Positions 54,447 to 63,101 of a stretch of 64,000 bases of DNA are shown piece after piece; position 1 is the stretch's first letter, and every line of letters begins with the position of its first letter. Below the pieces are notes generated by a model. The model was not told the origin of the DNA, made no database searches, and was given only the letters and a program-made list of their open reading frames with translations. The position numbers and the translations under genes were made by a program. Origin of the DNA: Acidimicrobiales bacterium (GTDB lineage Bacteria > Actinomycetota > Acidimicrobiia > Acidimicrobiales > GCA-2861595); the NCBI GenBank assembly GCA_036262515.1, contig DATAIT010000086.1, positions 3,194-67,193 of the forward strand, given 5' to 3'.

Positions 54447-56357
54447 ATGACCGTCCCGAAGCCGAGGTCCCCGCGACGGGTCCTGCCCGTCCTCGCCGCC
54501 TGCGCGCTGGCCGCCGCCCTCCTGGCGCCGGCACCCACCGGCGCGGCGCCGTACCTCGGTTCGACCGGCGCCCTCCGGCTGGCGGCACCGGTGGTGGGCA
54601 TGGCCGGATCCCCCTCGGGGCAGGGCTACTGGACGGTGGCCTCCGACGGCGGGGTGTTCGCCTTCGGGGACGCCCGGTTCCTCGGGTCCACGGGCGGCGT
54701 CCGCCTGGTCCGTCCCATGGTCGGCATGGCGGCGACGCCGACGGGACGCGGCTACCGGCTGGTTGCCTCGGACGGGGGGGTCTTCGCCTTCGGAGACGCC
54801 CGCTTCCTCGGGTCGACCGGAGCAGTGCGACTGGCCGCTCCGATCGTGGGCATGGCGTCCACGCCGTCGGGCCAGGGGTACTGGTTGGTGGCCTCCGACG
54901 GCGGCGTGTTCGCCTTCGGGGACGCCCGGTTCTTCGGGTCGACGGGGGCGATCCACCTGGCGTCGCCGATCGTGGGCATGGCGTCCACGCCCTCGGGCCA
55001 GGGGTACTGGCTCGTCGCCGCCGACGGCGGCGTGTTCGCCTTCGGGGACGCCCGGTTCTCGGGATCGACCGGCGGCCTGCGCCTGGCTCGGCCCGTCGTG
55101 GGCATGGCATCCACACCGTCGGGCCAGGGGTACTGGCTGGTCGCCTCCGACGGTGGCATCTTCGCCTTCGGCGACGCCCGCTTCTCGGGGTCGACGGGCG
55201 CCCTGCGCCTGGCCCGGCCCGTCGTGGGCATGGCCGCCGGCACGACCGCGGACGGGGCCGGCTACTGGCTCGTCGCCTCCGACGGCGGCATCTTCGCCTT
55301 TTCCGAGGGCGCTCCGACGGCCCCTCCACCCGTCGGCGACCCCACGCTGGCCCTGACCACGGTCGTCAACGGCCTCGACCTCCCGTGGGACATCGGGTTC
55401 ACCCCGGAGGGCGCCATGCTGTTCACCGAGAAGGCGGGCCGGATCAGCGTGACGCGGGACGGCGCGACCCGGCGGATCGCCATCATGAGCGACGTGTACA
55501 ACTCAGGGGAGAGCGGCCTGCTGGGCCTGGCCGTCGACCCGGACTTCGCCACCAATCGGCGGTTCTACACGTGCCATGCCTGGACCGACGGCACGAACCA
55601 CGACGTGCGGGTCGTGGCGTGGACGGTCGACGCGAGCTACACGACGGCGACGCGCGCGGCCAACCCGCTGTTCTCGGGGATCCAGATCACCACGGGCCGC
55701 CATGGCGGGTGCCGCCCGCGCTTCGGGGCGGACGGGTTCCTGTGGATCAGCACCGGCGACTCCGCCGTGGGCACCAACCCGCAGAACCTCTCGTCGCTGA
55801 ACGGCAAGGTCCTGCGCGTCGACAAGATGACGGGCGCACCTGCGCCAGGCAATCCGTTCGCCGGGTCACGGATCTACACCTACGGCCACCGCAACGTGCA
55901 GGGACTCGCCCTGCGCGGTGACGGGCAGATGTACTCGGTAGAGCACGGCCCGGATCGCGACGACGAGGTCAACAAGTTGCGCGCCGGGGGCAACGCCGGC
56001 TGGGACCCGGTCCCCGCCTACAACGAGTCCGTGCCGATGACCGACCTGGCGAAGTTCCCCGACGCCATGCGGCCCGTGTGGACCTCCGGCTCCACCACGG
56101 TGGCGCCCTCGGGTGCGACCTTCGTCGCGGGTTCGGGATGGCGGTCGCTGAACGGCGCCCTGCTGGTGGCCTGCCTCAAGGGAGCGCAGCTGCGCGCCCT
56201 CACCCTCGATGCGGCGGGCGCGCTGGTGTCGGAAAAGGTGCTCGTCAACGACCAGGGGCGGTTGCGCACCGCCGTGCAGGGACCCGACGGCAGCGTCTAC
56301 GTGGCCACCTCGAACGGGAACGGCACCGACAAGATCTTCCGTGTGACACCAAGCTGA
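54447..56357 (+). CDS. Secreted fusion protein: six 42-aa repeats followed by a PQQ-dependent sugar dehydrogenase-like (GSDH) beta-propeller
   Basis: Signal peptide [25 protein letters not shown]-terminal domain motifs include [42 protein letters not shown] and [18 protein letters not shown] lies 9 nt upstream of the ATG. Confidence 0.85.
   Translation: MTVPKPRSPRRVLPVLAACALAAALLAPAPTGAAPYLGSTGALRLAAPVVGMAGSPSGQGYWTVASDGGVFAFGDARFLGSTGGVRLVRPMVGMAATPTGRGYRLVASDGGVFAFGDARFLGSTGAVRLAAPIVGMASTPSGQGYWLVASDGGVFAFGDARFFGSTGAIHLASPIVGMASTPSGQGYWLVAADGGVFAFGDARFSGSTGGLRLARPVVGMASTPSGQGYWLVASDGGIFAFGDARFSGSTGALRLARPVVGMAAGTTADGAGYWLVASDGGIFAFSEGAPTAPPPVGDPTLALTTVVNGLDLPWDIGFTPEGAMLFTEKAGRISVTRDGATRRIAIMSDVYNSGESGLLGLAVDPDFATNRRFYTCHAWTDGTNHDVRVVAWTVDASYTTATRAANPLFSGIQITTGRHGGCRPRFGADGFLWISTGDSAVGTNPQNLSSLNGKVLRVDKMTGAPAPGNPFAGSRIYTYGHRNVQGLALRGDGQMYSVEHGPDRDDEVNKLRAGGNAGWDPVPAYNESVPMTDLAKFPDAMRPVWTSGSTTVAPSGATFVAGSGWRSLNGALLVACLKGAQLRALTLDAAGALVSEKVLVNDQGRLRTAVQGPDGSVYVATSNGNGTDKIFRVTPS
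54552..55311 (+). repeat. Six in-frame tandem repeats of 126 bp (42 aa) inside the CDS
   Basis: Period verified on DNA: the GAC GGC GGx GTx TTC GCC TTC GG motif recurs at 54645, 54771 and 54897, then onward at 126-bp spacing. Consensus [37 protein letters not shown]. Confidence 0.9.
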
Positions 56358-56396
56358 CGCGCCCGTCGGAGCCGGGTCGGCCGTAGGCTCCGCCGG

Positions 56397-57896
56397 ATGC
56401 CGGACGTCGACCAGGAGTTCCTCGCCCTTCCCTTCCGGCGCCTGGCCGACGCCGCCCTCGACCGGGCCCGGGCCCTCGGGGCCACCTACGCCGACTTCCG
56501 GTTCGAGCGCAGGCGCGGCCAGACCATCAAGGTCCGCGACCGCAGCCTCGAGCGCCTCACCGACAGCGAGACGGTCGGCTACGCGGTGCGCGTCGTGCAC
56601 GGGGGGGCCTGGGGGTTCGCCTCGGCCGTCGAGCTCACCGAGGACTCGGCTGCGGCCACCGCCGAGTCGGCCGTCGCCGTCGCCGCCACGCTGGCCCCGC
56701 TCAACTCCGAGCCGGTCGGGCTGGCCCCCGAGCCGGCGCACCGGGGGACGTGGGTCTCCTCCTACGACATCCACCCGTTCTCCGTCCCCGACGCCGACAA
56801 GGTGTCGTTCGTCACTTCGGTCAACGAGCGGCTCCTCGGGTCGGGCCGCGTCCGCCACGTCGACTTCAACGTGCGCCAGGTGCTGGAGGGCAAGTACTTC
56901 GCCGACCTCAACGGCTCCGATCTCGTGCAGCAGCGGGTGCGGGTCGACGGCGACTTCACGGCCGTGCGAATCGACGACGCCACCGGCTCGTTCGACACCA
57001 TGCGGTCGTGCGCCCTGCCGTCGGGGCGGGGCTGGGAGCACGTGGCCACCGCCTACAGCTGGGCGGCAGAGGCCGACCAGGTGCCGGAGCTGCTCGAGGA
57101 GAAGATGGCCTCTCCGTCGGTCGAGCCCGGGCGCTACGACCTGGTGATCCACCCGACGAACCTGTGGCTGACCATCCACGAATCCATCGGCCACGCCACC
57201 GAGCTCGACCGCGTCCTCGGCTACGAGGCCAACTACGCGGGAACGTCGTTCGCCACGCTGGACAACCTGCACACCCTCCGGTACGGCTCGCCCGTCATGC
57301 ACGTCACCGGCGACCGCAGCGTCGAGCACGGCCTGTCGACGGTGGGCTGGGACGACGAGGGCGTGGCCGCCCACGAGTGGGACCTCATCCGCGACGGGGT
57401 GCTCGTCGGGTACCAGCTGAACCGCCAGATGGCCCACAAGCAGGGCTTCGGGCACTCCAACGGCTGCGCCTACGCCGACTCGCCCGCCACCGTGCCGATC
57501 CAGCGCATGCCCAACGTGTCGCTCCGGCCGGCTGCCACCGACATCACCGTGGACGACCTCATCGGCGGCGTCGACCGTGGCCTGTACGTGGTGGGTGACA
57601 AGAGCTGGAGCATCGACATGCAGCGCTACAACTTCCAGTTCACCGCCCAGCGCTTCTACGAGATCCGCGGCGGCAAGCTGGGAGGCCAGCTCAAGGACGT
57701 GGCCTACCAGGGCAACACCACTGAGTTCTGGAACTCCCTGGAGGCGGTGGGCGGCCCCTCCACCTGGCTCCTCGGCGGTTCGTTCAACTGCGGCAAGGGA
57801 CAGCCCGGTCAGATCGCCCCCGTGAGCCACGGGGCGCCGGCCGCCCTGTTCCGGCAGGTGAACGTGCTCAATGTCGCGTCGGAGACGTCCGGATGA
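56397..57896 (+). CDS. tldD: TldD-family metallopeptidase
   Basis: HESIGHATELDRV metal-binding motif, and ...GKGQPGQIAPVSHGAP near the C-terminus. Paired with a PmbA-like paralogue. Confidence 0.88.
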   Translation: MPDVDQEFLALPFRRLADAALDRARALGATYADFRFERRRGQTIKVRDRSLERLTDSETVGYAVRVVHGGAWGFASAVELTEDSAAATAESAVAVAATLAPLNSEPVGLAPEPAHRGTWVSSYDIHPFSVPDADKVSFVTSVNERLLGSGRVRHVDFNVRQVLEGKYFADLNGSDLVQQRVRVDGDFTAVRIDDATGSFDTMRSCALPSGRGWEHVATAYSWAAEADQVPELLEEKMASPSVEPGRYDLVIHPTNLWLTIHESIGHATELDRVLGYEANYAGTSFATLDNLHTLRYGSPVMHVTGDRSVEHGLSTVGWDDEGVAAHEWDLIRDGVLVGYQLNRQMAHKQGFGHSNGCAYADSPATVPIQRMPNVSLRPAATDITVDDLIGGVDRGLYVVGDKSWSIDMQRYNFQFTAQRFYEIRGGKLGGQLKDVAYQGNTTEFWNSLEAVGGPSTWLLGGSFNCGKGQPGQIAPVSHGAPAALFRQVNVLNVASETSG

Positions 57897-59269
57897 GCCG
57901 GCCCCTGGCGGAGGTCGTGGAGCGAGCACTGTCCCTGTCCCGCGCCGACGACTGCATCGTGATCGGGTCGCAGAGCTCGACGGCCAACGTGCGGTGGGCC
58001 AACAACACCTCGACCACCAACGGGCTCAGCATCGGTACCGCGCTCCACGTGGTCTCGGTGCTCGGGGGGCGCGTCGGATCCATCGGGATCACCAGTCCCA
58101 CCTTGGAGAACCTCGAGTCGGTCGTGCGCCGGTCGGAGGAGGCGTGCGACGGCCGGCCGGAGGCGGAGGACGCCATGCCGCTCCTGCCCGGCGACGGGGC
58201 GCCGGCGGGTTGGACCGAGCCGACGGCGGCGCCCGGCATCGGCGTGTTCGCCACGCTGGCGCCTGCGCTCGGTGACGCGTTCCGCCGGGCGGCGGGCGAC
58301 GACATCCTGCTGTTCGGCTACGCCGAGCACGCGACCTCGACCACGTGGCTGGCCACGTCGACCGGGATGCGGCGTCGCCATACGCACCACGACGGCCGCC
58401 TCGAGATCAACGCCAAGACACCCGACTTCGCCCGGTCGTGCTGGGTGGGCCTGACGAGCCCCACCTTCGCCGACGTCGACGTCGACGCCCTGTACGACCA
58501 TCTGGCCGAGCGGCTCGGTTGGACGGCCACCACCGTCGACCTGCCGGCCGATCACTACGACGTGCTCCTCGAGCCGTCGGCGGTTGCCGACATGCTGTAC
58601 TACCTCTACGTGTCGAGCTCGGCCCGCGAGGCCGAGGAGGGTCGCACGGTCTTCAGCCGGCCCGACAGCGGGACCCGAATCGGCGAACAGCTCTACCCCG
58701 CGTCGGTGAACATCCACTCGGACCCTGCGGAGCCCGGCATCCAGGTGATGCCGTTCGTGCTGGCGTCGTCGTCGAGCAGCTTCGCCTCGGTCTTCGACAA
58801 CGGGCTGGCGGTCGGACGCACGCAGTGGGTGCGCGACGGGGTGCTCGAAGCGCTGGTCTCGACGCGTCACTGGGCCGCCATCTCCGGCGGCGAGCCGCAT
58901 CCCTACGTCGACAACCTCGTCCTCGATTCGCCGTCGGGCGCCGACCTCGCGGCCATGATCGCCGCCACCACGACCCCCACCCTGCTGGTGACGTGCTTCT
59001 GGTACATCCGCGACGTCGACCCCCAGACGCTGCTGCTCACGGGCCTCACGCGCGACGGCGTCTACCTGGTGGAGGACGGCAAGGTGCAGGGCGCGGTGAA
59101 CAACTTCCGCTTCAATATGAGCCCCGTCGACATGCTGGCCCGCGTCGTGGAGATGGGCGCCACCGGGCCGGCGCTTCCCCGCGAGTTCGGCGACTACTTC
59201 CGCAACGCCCGCGTCCCCCCGCTGCGGGTGCAGCGGTTCAACATGAGCTCGGTCAGCCAGGCCACTTGA
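57893..59269 (+). CDS. pmbA: PmbA/TldE-family protein (partner of TldD)
   Basis: Same-fold paralogue that lacks the HExxxH-type motif. Its ATG overlaps the tldD stop (ATGA). The C-terminus ..PPLRVQRFNMSS is typical of the family. Confidence 0.82.
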   Translation: MSRPLAEVVERALSLSRADDCIVIGSQSSTANVRWANNTSTTNGLSIGTALHVVSVLGGRVGSIGITSPTLENLESVVRRSEEACDGRPEAEDAMPLLPGDGAPAGWTEPTAAPGIGVFATLAPALGDAFRRAAGDDILLFGYAEHATSTTWLATSTGMRRRHTHHDGRLEINAKTPDFARSCWVGLTSPTFADVDVDALYDHLAERLGWTATTVDLPADHYDVLLEPSAVADMLYYLYVSSSAREAEEGRTVFSRPDSGTRIGEQLYPASVNIHSDPAEPGIQVMPFVLASSSSSFASVFDNGLAVGRTQWVRDGVLEALVSTRHWAAISGGEPHPYVDNLVLDSPSGADLAAMIAATTTPTLLVTCFWYIRDVDPQTLLLTGLTRDGVYLVEDGKVQGAVNNFRFNMSPVDMLARVVEMGATGPALPREFGDYFRNARVPPLRVQRFNMSSVSQAT

Positions 59270-59281
59270 CCCGGCGCGGCC

Positions 59282-60214
59282 CTATGCGGGGTCGAGCACC
59301 GACAGGACGAGGCCGTCGAGGATGTCGGCCTCGGACACGAGGCACGACCGGAAGTCGAAGTGGCGCATGATGGCCACCAGGATGGCGGCGCCGCCCACGA
59401 TCACGTCGGCGCGCGCTTCCTCCAGCCCGGGGTTGTGGATTCGGTCGGCCCGCCGTTCGGTGGCCAGCGTCCGGAACACGTCCTCGGCCGCCGCCCGCGT
59501 GAGCTCGAAGTGGTGGATGCGCTCGGGGTCGTACTCGTGCAGGCCGATCTCGACGGCAGCCATGGTCGTGACCGTGCCGGCCAGCCCCACGAGGCGGACG
59601 GCCTCCTTCACCGCGGGCACCTCCCGCTGCACGTCGTCGAGGTGGGAGCGCATCACCGAGATGGCCTGCGAGAGCTCGAGCGCCGACGGTGGATCGCTGT
59701 GCAGGTACTTCTCCGTCATGCGGACGCAGCCGACGTCGACCGAGATCACTCCGACCGGTTCGGACGTGCCGGTCACGAACTCGGTGGACCCACCGCCGAT
59801 GTCGACGACCAGGAACGGCCCTTCGTCCGGGTCGAGTCCCGTGGTGGCGCCCCGGAACGACAGTCGCCCCTCCTCCTCGCCGTCGAGCAACTCGGGGCGG
59901 CTGCCGACGGTCGCCTCCGCCGCGTCGAGGAAGTCCTCGCGATTCGTGGCGTCGCGCACCGCCGACGTGGCCACCATGCGCACCCGTTCCACCCCGTGCG
60001 CTTCGAGCGAGGTGCGGTACTCGGCCAGGACCGCCATGGTGCGGGCCAGCGCGTCGGGGTGGAGGCGCCGAGAGGCGTCGACGCCCTGCCCGAGCCGGGT
60101 GATGCGCATGCGGCGCTCGAGGGGGCGGCCGCGTCCGTCGCTCACGAGCAGGCGCGTCGAGTTCGTGCCGCAGTCGATGGCGGCGACCGGCGGCGAGGAC
60201 ACGGCGGAGCTCAC
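59282..60214 (-). CDS. ppx: Ppx/GppA-family exopolyphosphatase
   Basis: AAIDCGTNSTRLLV and FLVVDIGGGSTEFV (ASKHA phosphate motifs). GTG 60214 forms a GTGA overlap with the DUF501 stop. The DUF501-ppx order is conserved in actinobacteria. Confidence 0.88.
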   Translation of the reverse strand: MSSAVSSPPVAAIDCGTNSTRLLVSDGRGRPLERRMRITRLGQGVDASRRLHPDALARTMAVLAEYRTSLEAHGVERVRMVATSAVRDATNREDFLDAAEATVGSRPELLDGEEEGRLSFRGATTGLDPDEGPFLVVDIGGGSTEFVTGTSEPVGVISVDVGCVRMTEKYLHSDPPSALELSQAISVMRSHLDDVQREVPAVKEAVRLVGLAGTVTTMAAVEIGLHEYDPERIHHFELTRAAAEDVFRTLATERRADRIHNPGLEEARADVIVGGAAILVAIMRHFDFRSCLVSEADILDGLVLSVLDPA

Positions 60215-60657
60215 GGCGGAGGCGCGCTGGCCAGCCGGTCGTGCACCCACCGGCCCACGGGATCGTCGCCGCCCGCCAGGTACCACGCGTAGTGCGCGTG
60301 GAGGCACTTCACGCCGCGCCTCGTCCCGCCCACGCCGCCGGCCGGTCTCGGCCCTGCGTGACCGGCCGCGATCTCGCCGTCGCGCTCGGCCGCGTACCGC
60401 CGGTGGGCGGCGTCGAGCAGGACCGGGTCCACTGCCGCCTCCGCCGCCCGCACTCCCCCGTCCGCCTCCAGGCGCGACACCGCCTCCCGCTCCGCCGCAC
60501 CAACCAGCCAGAACCGGGTGGGCATGGGGGTCCCGTCGTCGAGCAGCGGGGCGTTTCGGATCACCACCGGCTCGCCACGGTCACCCCGCACGACGACGTC
60601 GTAGGCCGCCCGGGGGGCCCGGCCCAGGAGGGCCTCGACCCGATCGTGGTCGCTCAG
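60211..60657 (-). CDS. DUF501-family protein (start codon unresolved)
   Basis: DRVEALLGRAPRAAYDVVVRG...DGTPMPTRFWLV...VKCLHAHYAWYLAGG. No in-frame ATG, GTG or TTG lies near the domain start. A CTG at 60657 has GGAGG 10 nt upstream. Confidence 0.65.
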   Translation of the reverse strand: MSDHDRVEALLGRAPRAAYDVVVRGDRGEPVVIRNAPLLDDGTPMPTRFWLVGAAEREAVSRLEADGGVRAAEAAVDPVLLDAAHRRYAAERDGEIAAGHAGPRPAGGVGGTRRGVKCLHAHYAWYLAGGDDPVGRWVHDRLASAPPP

Positions 60658-60661
60658 CGGC

Positions 60662-61039
60662 TCACGACCTCCGGCCCCTTCGGCCGCTGCGTGCGGCCAC
60701 GCGCGTGCGGCGGCGGCGACGGAGCAGCACCAGTCCCGCCAGGGCCGCGACGGCGACGGCGAGGGCCCGCAGACCCCCCTGGAGGGCCATGCGGGGCTCG
60801 GTCTCGCCAGCAGCCCCTCCCGCCGGGCTGCCGGGTCCGGCCGGTGCCTTCTTCGGCTTCTCCGGGAGCTCCTCGAAGGGCGGGCGGTCGGCGTCGTAGA
60901 AGTCGGATGCCCGGCCGCCGCCGTTGCCGCCGTCATCGTACGGGGGCACCTCAGCGGCGCCCGGCTCGGCGATGGGGTCGGTGGTGGGATCGGCGATCGG
61001 GTCGATGGTGGGATCCGTGTCCTGGTCGGTGATCTCCAC
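60662..61039 (-). CDS. Small acidic, Pro-rich protein with a C-terminal TM helix and poly-Arg tail (tail-anchored topology), unassigned
   Basis: AGGAGG lies 8 nt upstream of GTG 61039. GC3 is high in this frame, while the overlapping frame has rare AGA/CGA codons. Ends LRALAVAVAALAGLVLLRRRRRTR. Confidence 0.7.
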   Translation of the reverse strand: MEITDQDTDPTIDPIADPTTDPIAEPGAAEVPPYDDGGNGGGRASDFYDADRPPFEELPEKPKKAPAGPGSPAGGAAGETEPRMALQGGLRALAVAVAALAGLVLLRRRRRTRVAARSGRRGRRS

Positions 61040-61235
61040 GAGCGGGCCTCCTGGGATCGGGGGGTGGCTGCGGGTGGCTCCGGCACCCGACGCTAGTCCT
61101 GGCCGGGACGACGTCCGGACGACCGGTTTGCACCCCTCCGCTCGGCGGAACGTTCACCCCGGCGACGCGGCACAAATGTGGTGATGGCGTAAGATCGGTG
61201 CGAAACGTGCCGGCACGAGTCTGGACGACGATCGC

Positions 61236-61589
61236 ATGAGAGAGCCCCGAAAGACGATCGAAGGACTGGCAGCCGAGATGGGCGTTTCGGTCGACGCCGC
61301 CATCGACGGGCTGGCCTACGAGTTGCGCACCATCCGCTCGCACCTTCCCAACCACGGCTCCTCGGGGGAGCTCACCCCCGGCACCCCGGGAGGCTGGAAC
61401 GCCGCCATGTACGCCTACGACGAGGCGCTCGTGGTGGCCGCCAACCTGCTGCGGCTGCCCAATGCGCCGCCCCTCGACCTGTTCGTGGGCACCCGCCTGC
61501 TCACCCATCTCGAGCGGGCGCGCCTCGAACGGGGCCTGGCCGACGAGGGCGTCGACCTGCGCCCGCCGCTCGAACTGGGTCACGGCTGA
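61236..61589 (+). CDS. Hypothetical protein
   Basis: 117-codon ATG-initiated ORF with high GC3. No family recognised. Confidence 0.5.
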   Translation: MREPRKTIEGLAAEMGVSVDAAIDGLAYELRTIRSHLPNHGSSGELTPGTPGGWNAAMYAYDEALVVAANLLRLPNAPPLDLFVGTRLLTHLERARLERGLADEGVDLRPPLELGHG

Positions 61590-61633
61590 CCCTGCCGCGG
61601 CGGACGGCGCGTCAGCCCGCGGGTCGATCATCC

Positions 61634-61840
61634 GTGACGTTCGAGATCCGCCTCCAGCGGGCCCGCTGCATCGGCTCGAAGTGCTGCACCCACGCCGCCC
61701 CGGGCGTCTTCGCCCTCGACGACCAGCAGGTCGTCACCGTCGTCGACCCGGCCGGGGGGACCCGCGAGCAGGTGCAGCTGGCCGCCGACGAGTGCCCCAC
61801 CGGAGCCATCTCGGTCGTCGACGGCGACCCGCCGGGCTGA
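61634..61840 (+). CDS. Small single-cluster (3Fe-4S/4Fe-4S type) ferredoxin
   Basis: 68 aa with CIGSKCC...ECPTGAI cysteine spacing, typical of actinobacterial Fdx-type ferredoxins. GTG start. Confidence 0.8.
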   Translation: MTFEIRLQRARCIGSKCCTHAAPGVFALDDQQVVTVVDPAGGTREQVQLAADECPTGAISVVDGDPPG

Positions 61841-61851
61841 GTCGGCTGTTC

Positions 61852-63078
61852 ATGGGCCACCAACCGAGAGGCGAACCCGACGGTCACGACGACCGGCCTG
61901 CCCGGCGGGCGCGGCTTGGCCCGCCGGGCTGCGCCGATCCGGCTGGCGGGGGGGCGGTCCGAGCGCAGCGTGCCGGTGCAGCCGTCACCGCGGCCGGAGG
62001 GGCGGTCGTCACGGTGGTCCTCCTCGTCCTCGCCCTCGGCGCGGCCGGGCCCGCACCTGCCAGCGGGCAGCTGCTTCCCACGCTGCCCACGACGACCACC
62101 GTCGCTCCGCCGACCCAGCCCCCCACGACGGCGGCGCCCACCACCACGCCTGCGACCGCGCAGCCGGTGCCGACGGTGACCGCCGCCACCACGCCCACGA
62201 CGGCCCGCCCGCGCACCACCACCACGACGGCACCGGCGTCGACGACGTCGTCCACCGAGGTGCCCACGACGCCCGCACCCACCACGGTGCCGCCCGAGAC
62301 GACTCCGGTCACGACGGCGATCGGGCCCATCGAGGTCCGCCACGCCTCCTACCCGTGGCTGCCCCTCCTCGTCACACTCTGCGCCTTCGGCGCTGCGGTC
62401 GGGATCCTCGCCGCGCCCACCCTGGCGGAACGCGCCCGCCACCACCCGACGGCTACAGAGCCGGCCCGTGCGGTCGCCGCCACGAGGGCCCGCCTGGCCG
62501 GGCGCGTGCCTCCCTGGCGTCGCCCGGCCGCCCGCGACGACGTCCCCTCCGTAGACGGCCCAGGTCGCCCGGGCCGCCGGAACCGCCCCGAACGGTCGGA
62601 CCCGGCGGCCACTGCCACGACGGAGCTTCGGCCCGCTCGTGGCGACGCCGAGGACGGGCCGGCCGGGACGCGGACCGGGGCGGCGCGAATCGCCGCCGCC
62701 GTCCGGCCCGATCCCGCTCCGCCAACCGCCTCCGGGAACGCCGCCCGGCCCGCGGGCGATCCCCCAGCCGGCGAGGCGGCGGGCGGCTCCCGGCGGGCGA
62801 CGGGCGGGACGCCGGGCGGCGAGGCGGCGCCGGTCGGCGGGCCCCCGGGCGGCGAGGCGGCTGACGCCAAGGTGACCCGACGTGGGCCGCGCCTCGCCCG
62901 CACGGCCCGTCCCCCGCGTGCCCCGAAGCCGCCCCGGCCGCCGGTCGCGCCGTCGGCCGACCACGTCTGGGGCGCCGTGCCGGAGGGCCGGGTGCCGTCG
63001 GACGACCCTCTCGCCGATCGGCCGGACGTGGCCCGCCGCCCACCGCGCCGCTCCGCCAGGCAGAAGCCGGAGAACTGA
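61852..63078 (+). CDS. Thr/Pro-rich membrane protein with a low-complexity basic C-terminal half
   Basis: TM segment VVTVVLLVLALGAAG, a ~90-aa T/P/A tract, a second TM segment WLPLLVTLCAFGAAVGILAAP, then an Arg/Pro/Ala/Gly-rich tail. Low complexity makes the call less certain. Confidence 0.5.
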   Translation: MGHQPRGEPDGHDDRPARRARLGPPGCADPAGGGAVRAQRAGAAVTAAGGAVVTVVLLVLALGAAGPAPASGQLLPTLPTTTTVAPPTQPPTTAAPTTTPATAQPVPTVTAATTPTTARPRTTTTTAPASTTSSTEVPTTPAPTTVPPETTPVTTAIGPIEVRHASYPWLPLLVTLCAFGAAVGILAAPTLAERARHHPTATEPARAVAATRARLAGRVPPWRRPAARDDVPSVDGPGRPGRRNRPERSDPAATATTELRPARGDAEDGPAGTRTGAARIAAAVRPDPAPPTASGNAARPAGDPPAGEAAGGSRRATGGTPGGEAAPVGGPPGGEAADAKVTRRGPRLARTARPPRAPKPPRPPVAPSADHVWGAVPEGRVPSDDPLADRPDVARRPPRRSARQKPEN

Positions 63079-63101
63079 GCGGGAACCACGGCGGCGCGCA
63101 C

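Noticed and set aside
54552-55311. A regularly spaced 126-bp DNA repeat that could be mistaken for a CRISPR-like or satellite array.
   Set aside because: The units are contiguous with no unique spacers. They are in frame and encode a conserved 42-aa protein repeat inside a signal-peptide-bearing CDS.
61040-61235. Candidate promoter hexamer TAAGAT (61190-61195), upstream of the ORF at 61236, in a divergent intergenic region.
   Set aside because: There is no convincing -35 or extended -10 element, and a single AT-rich hexamer is too weak to call a promoter. It is noted only as a place to look with TSS data.
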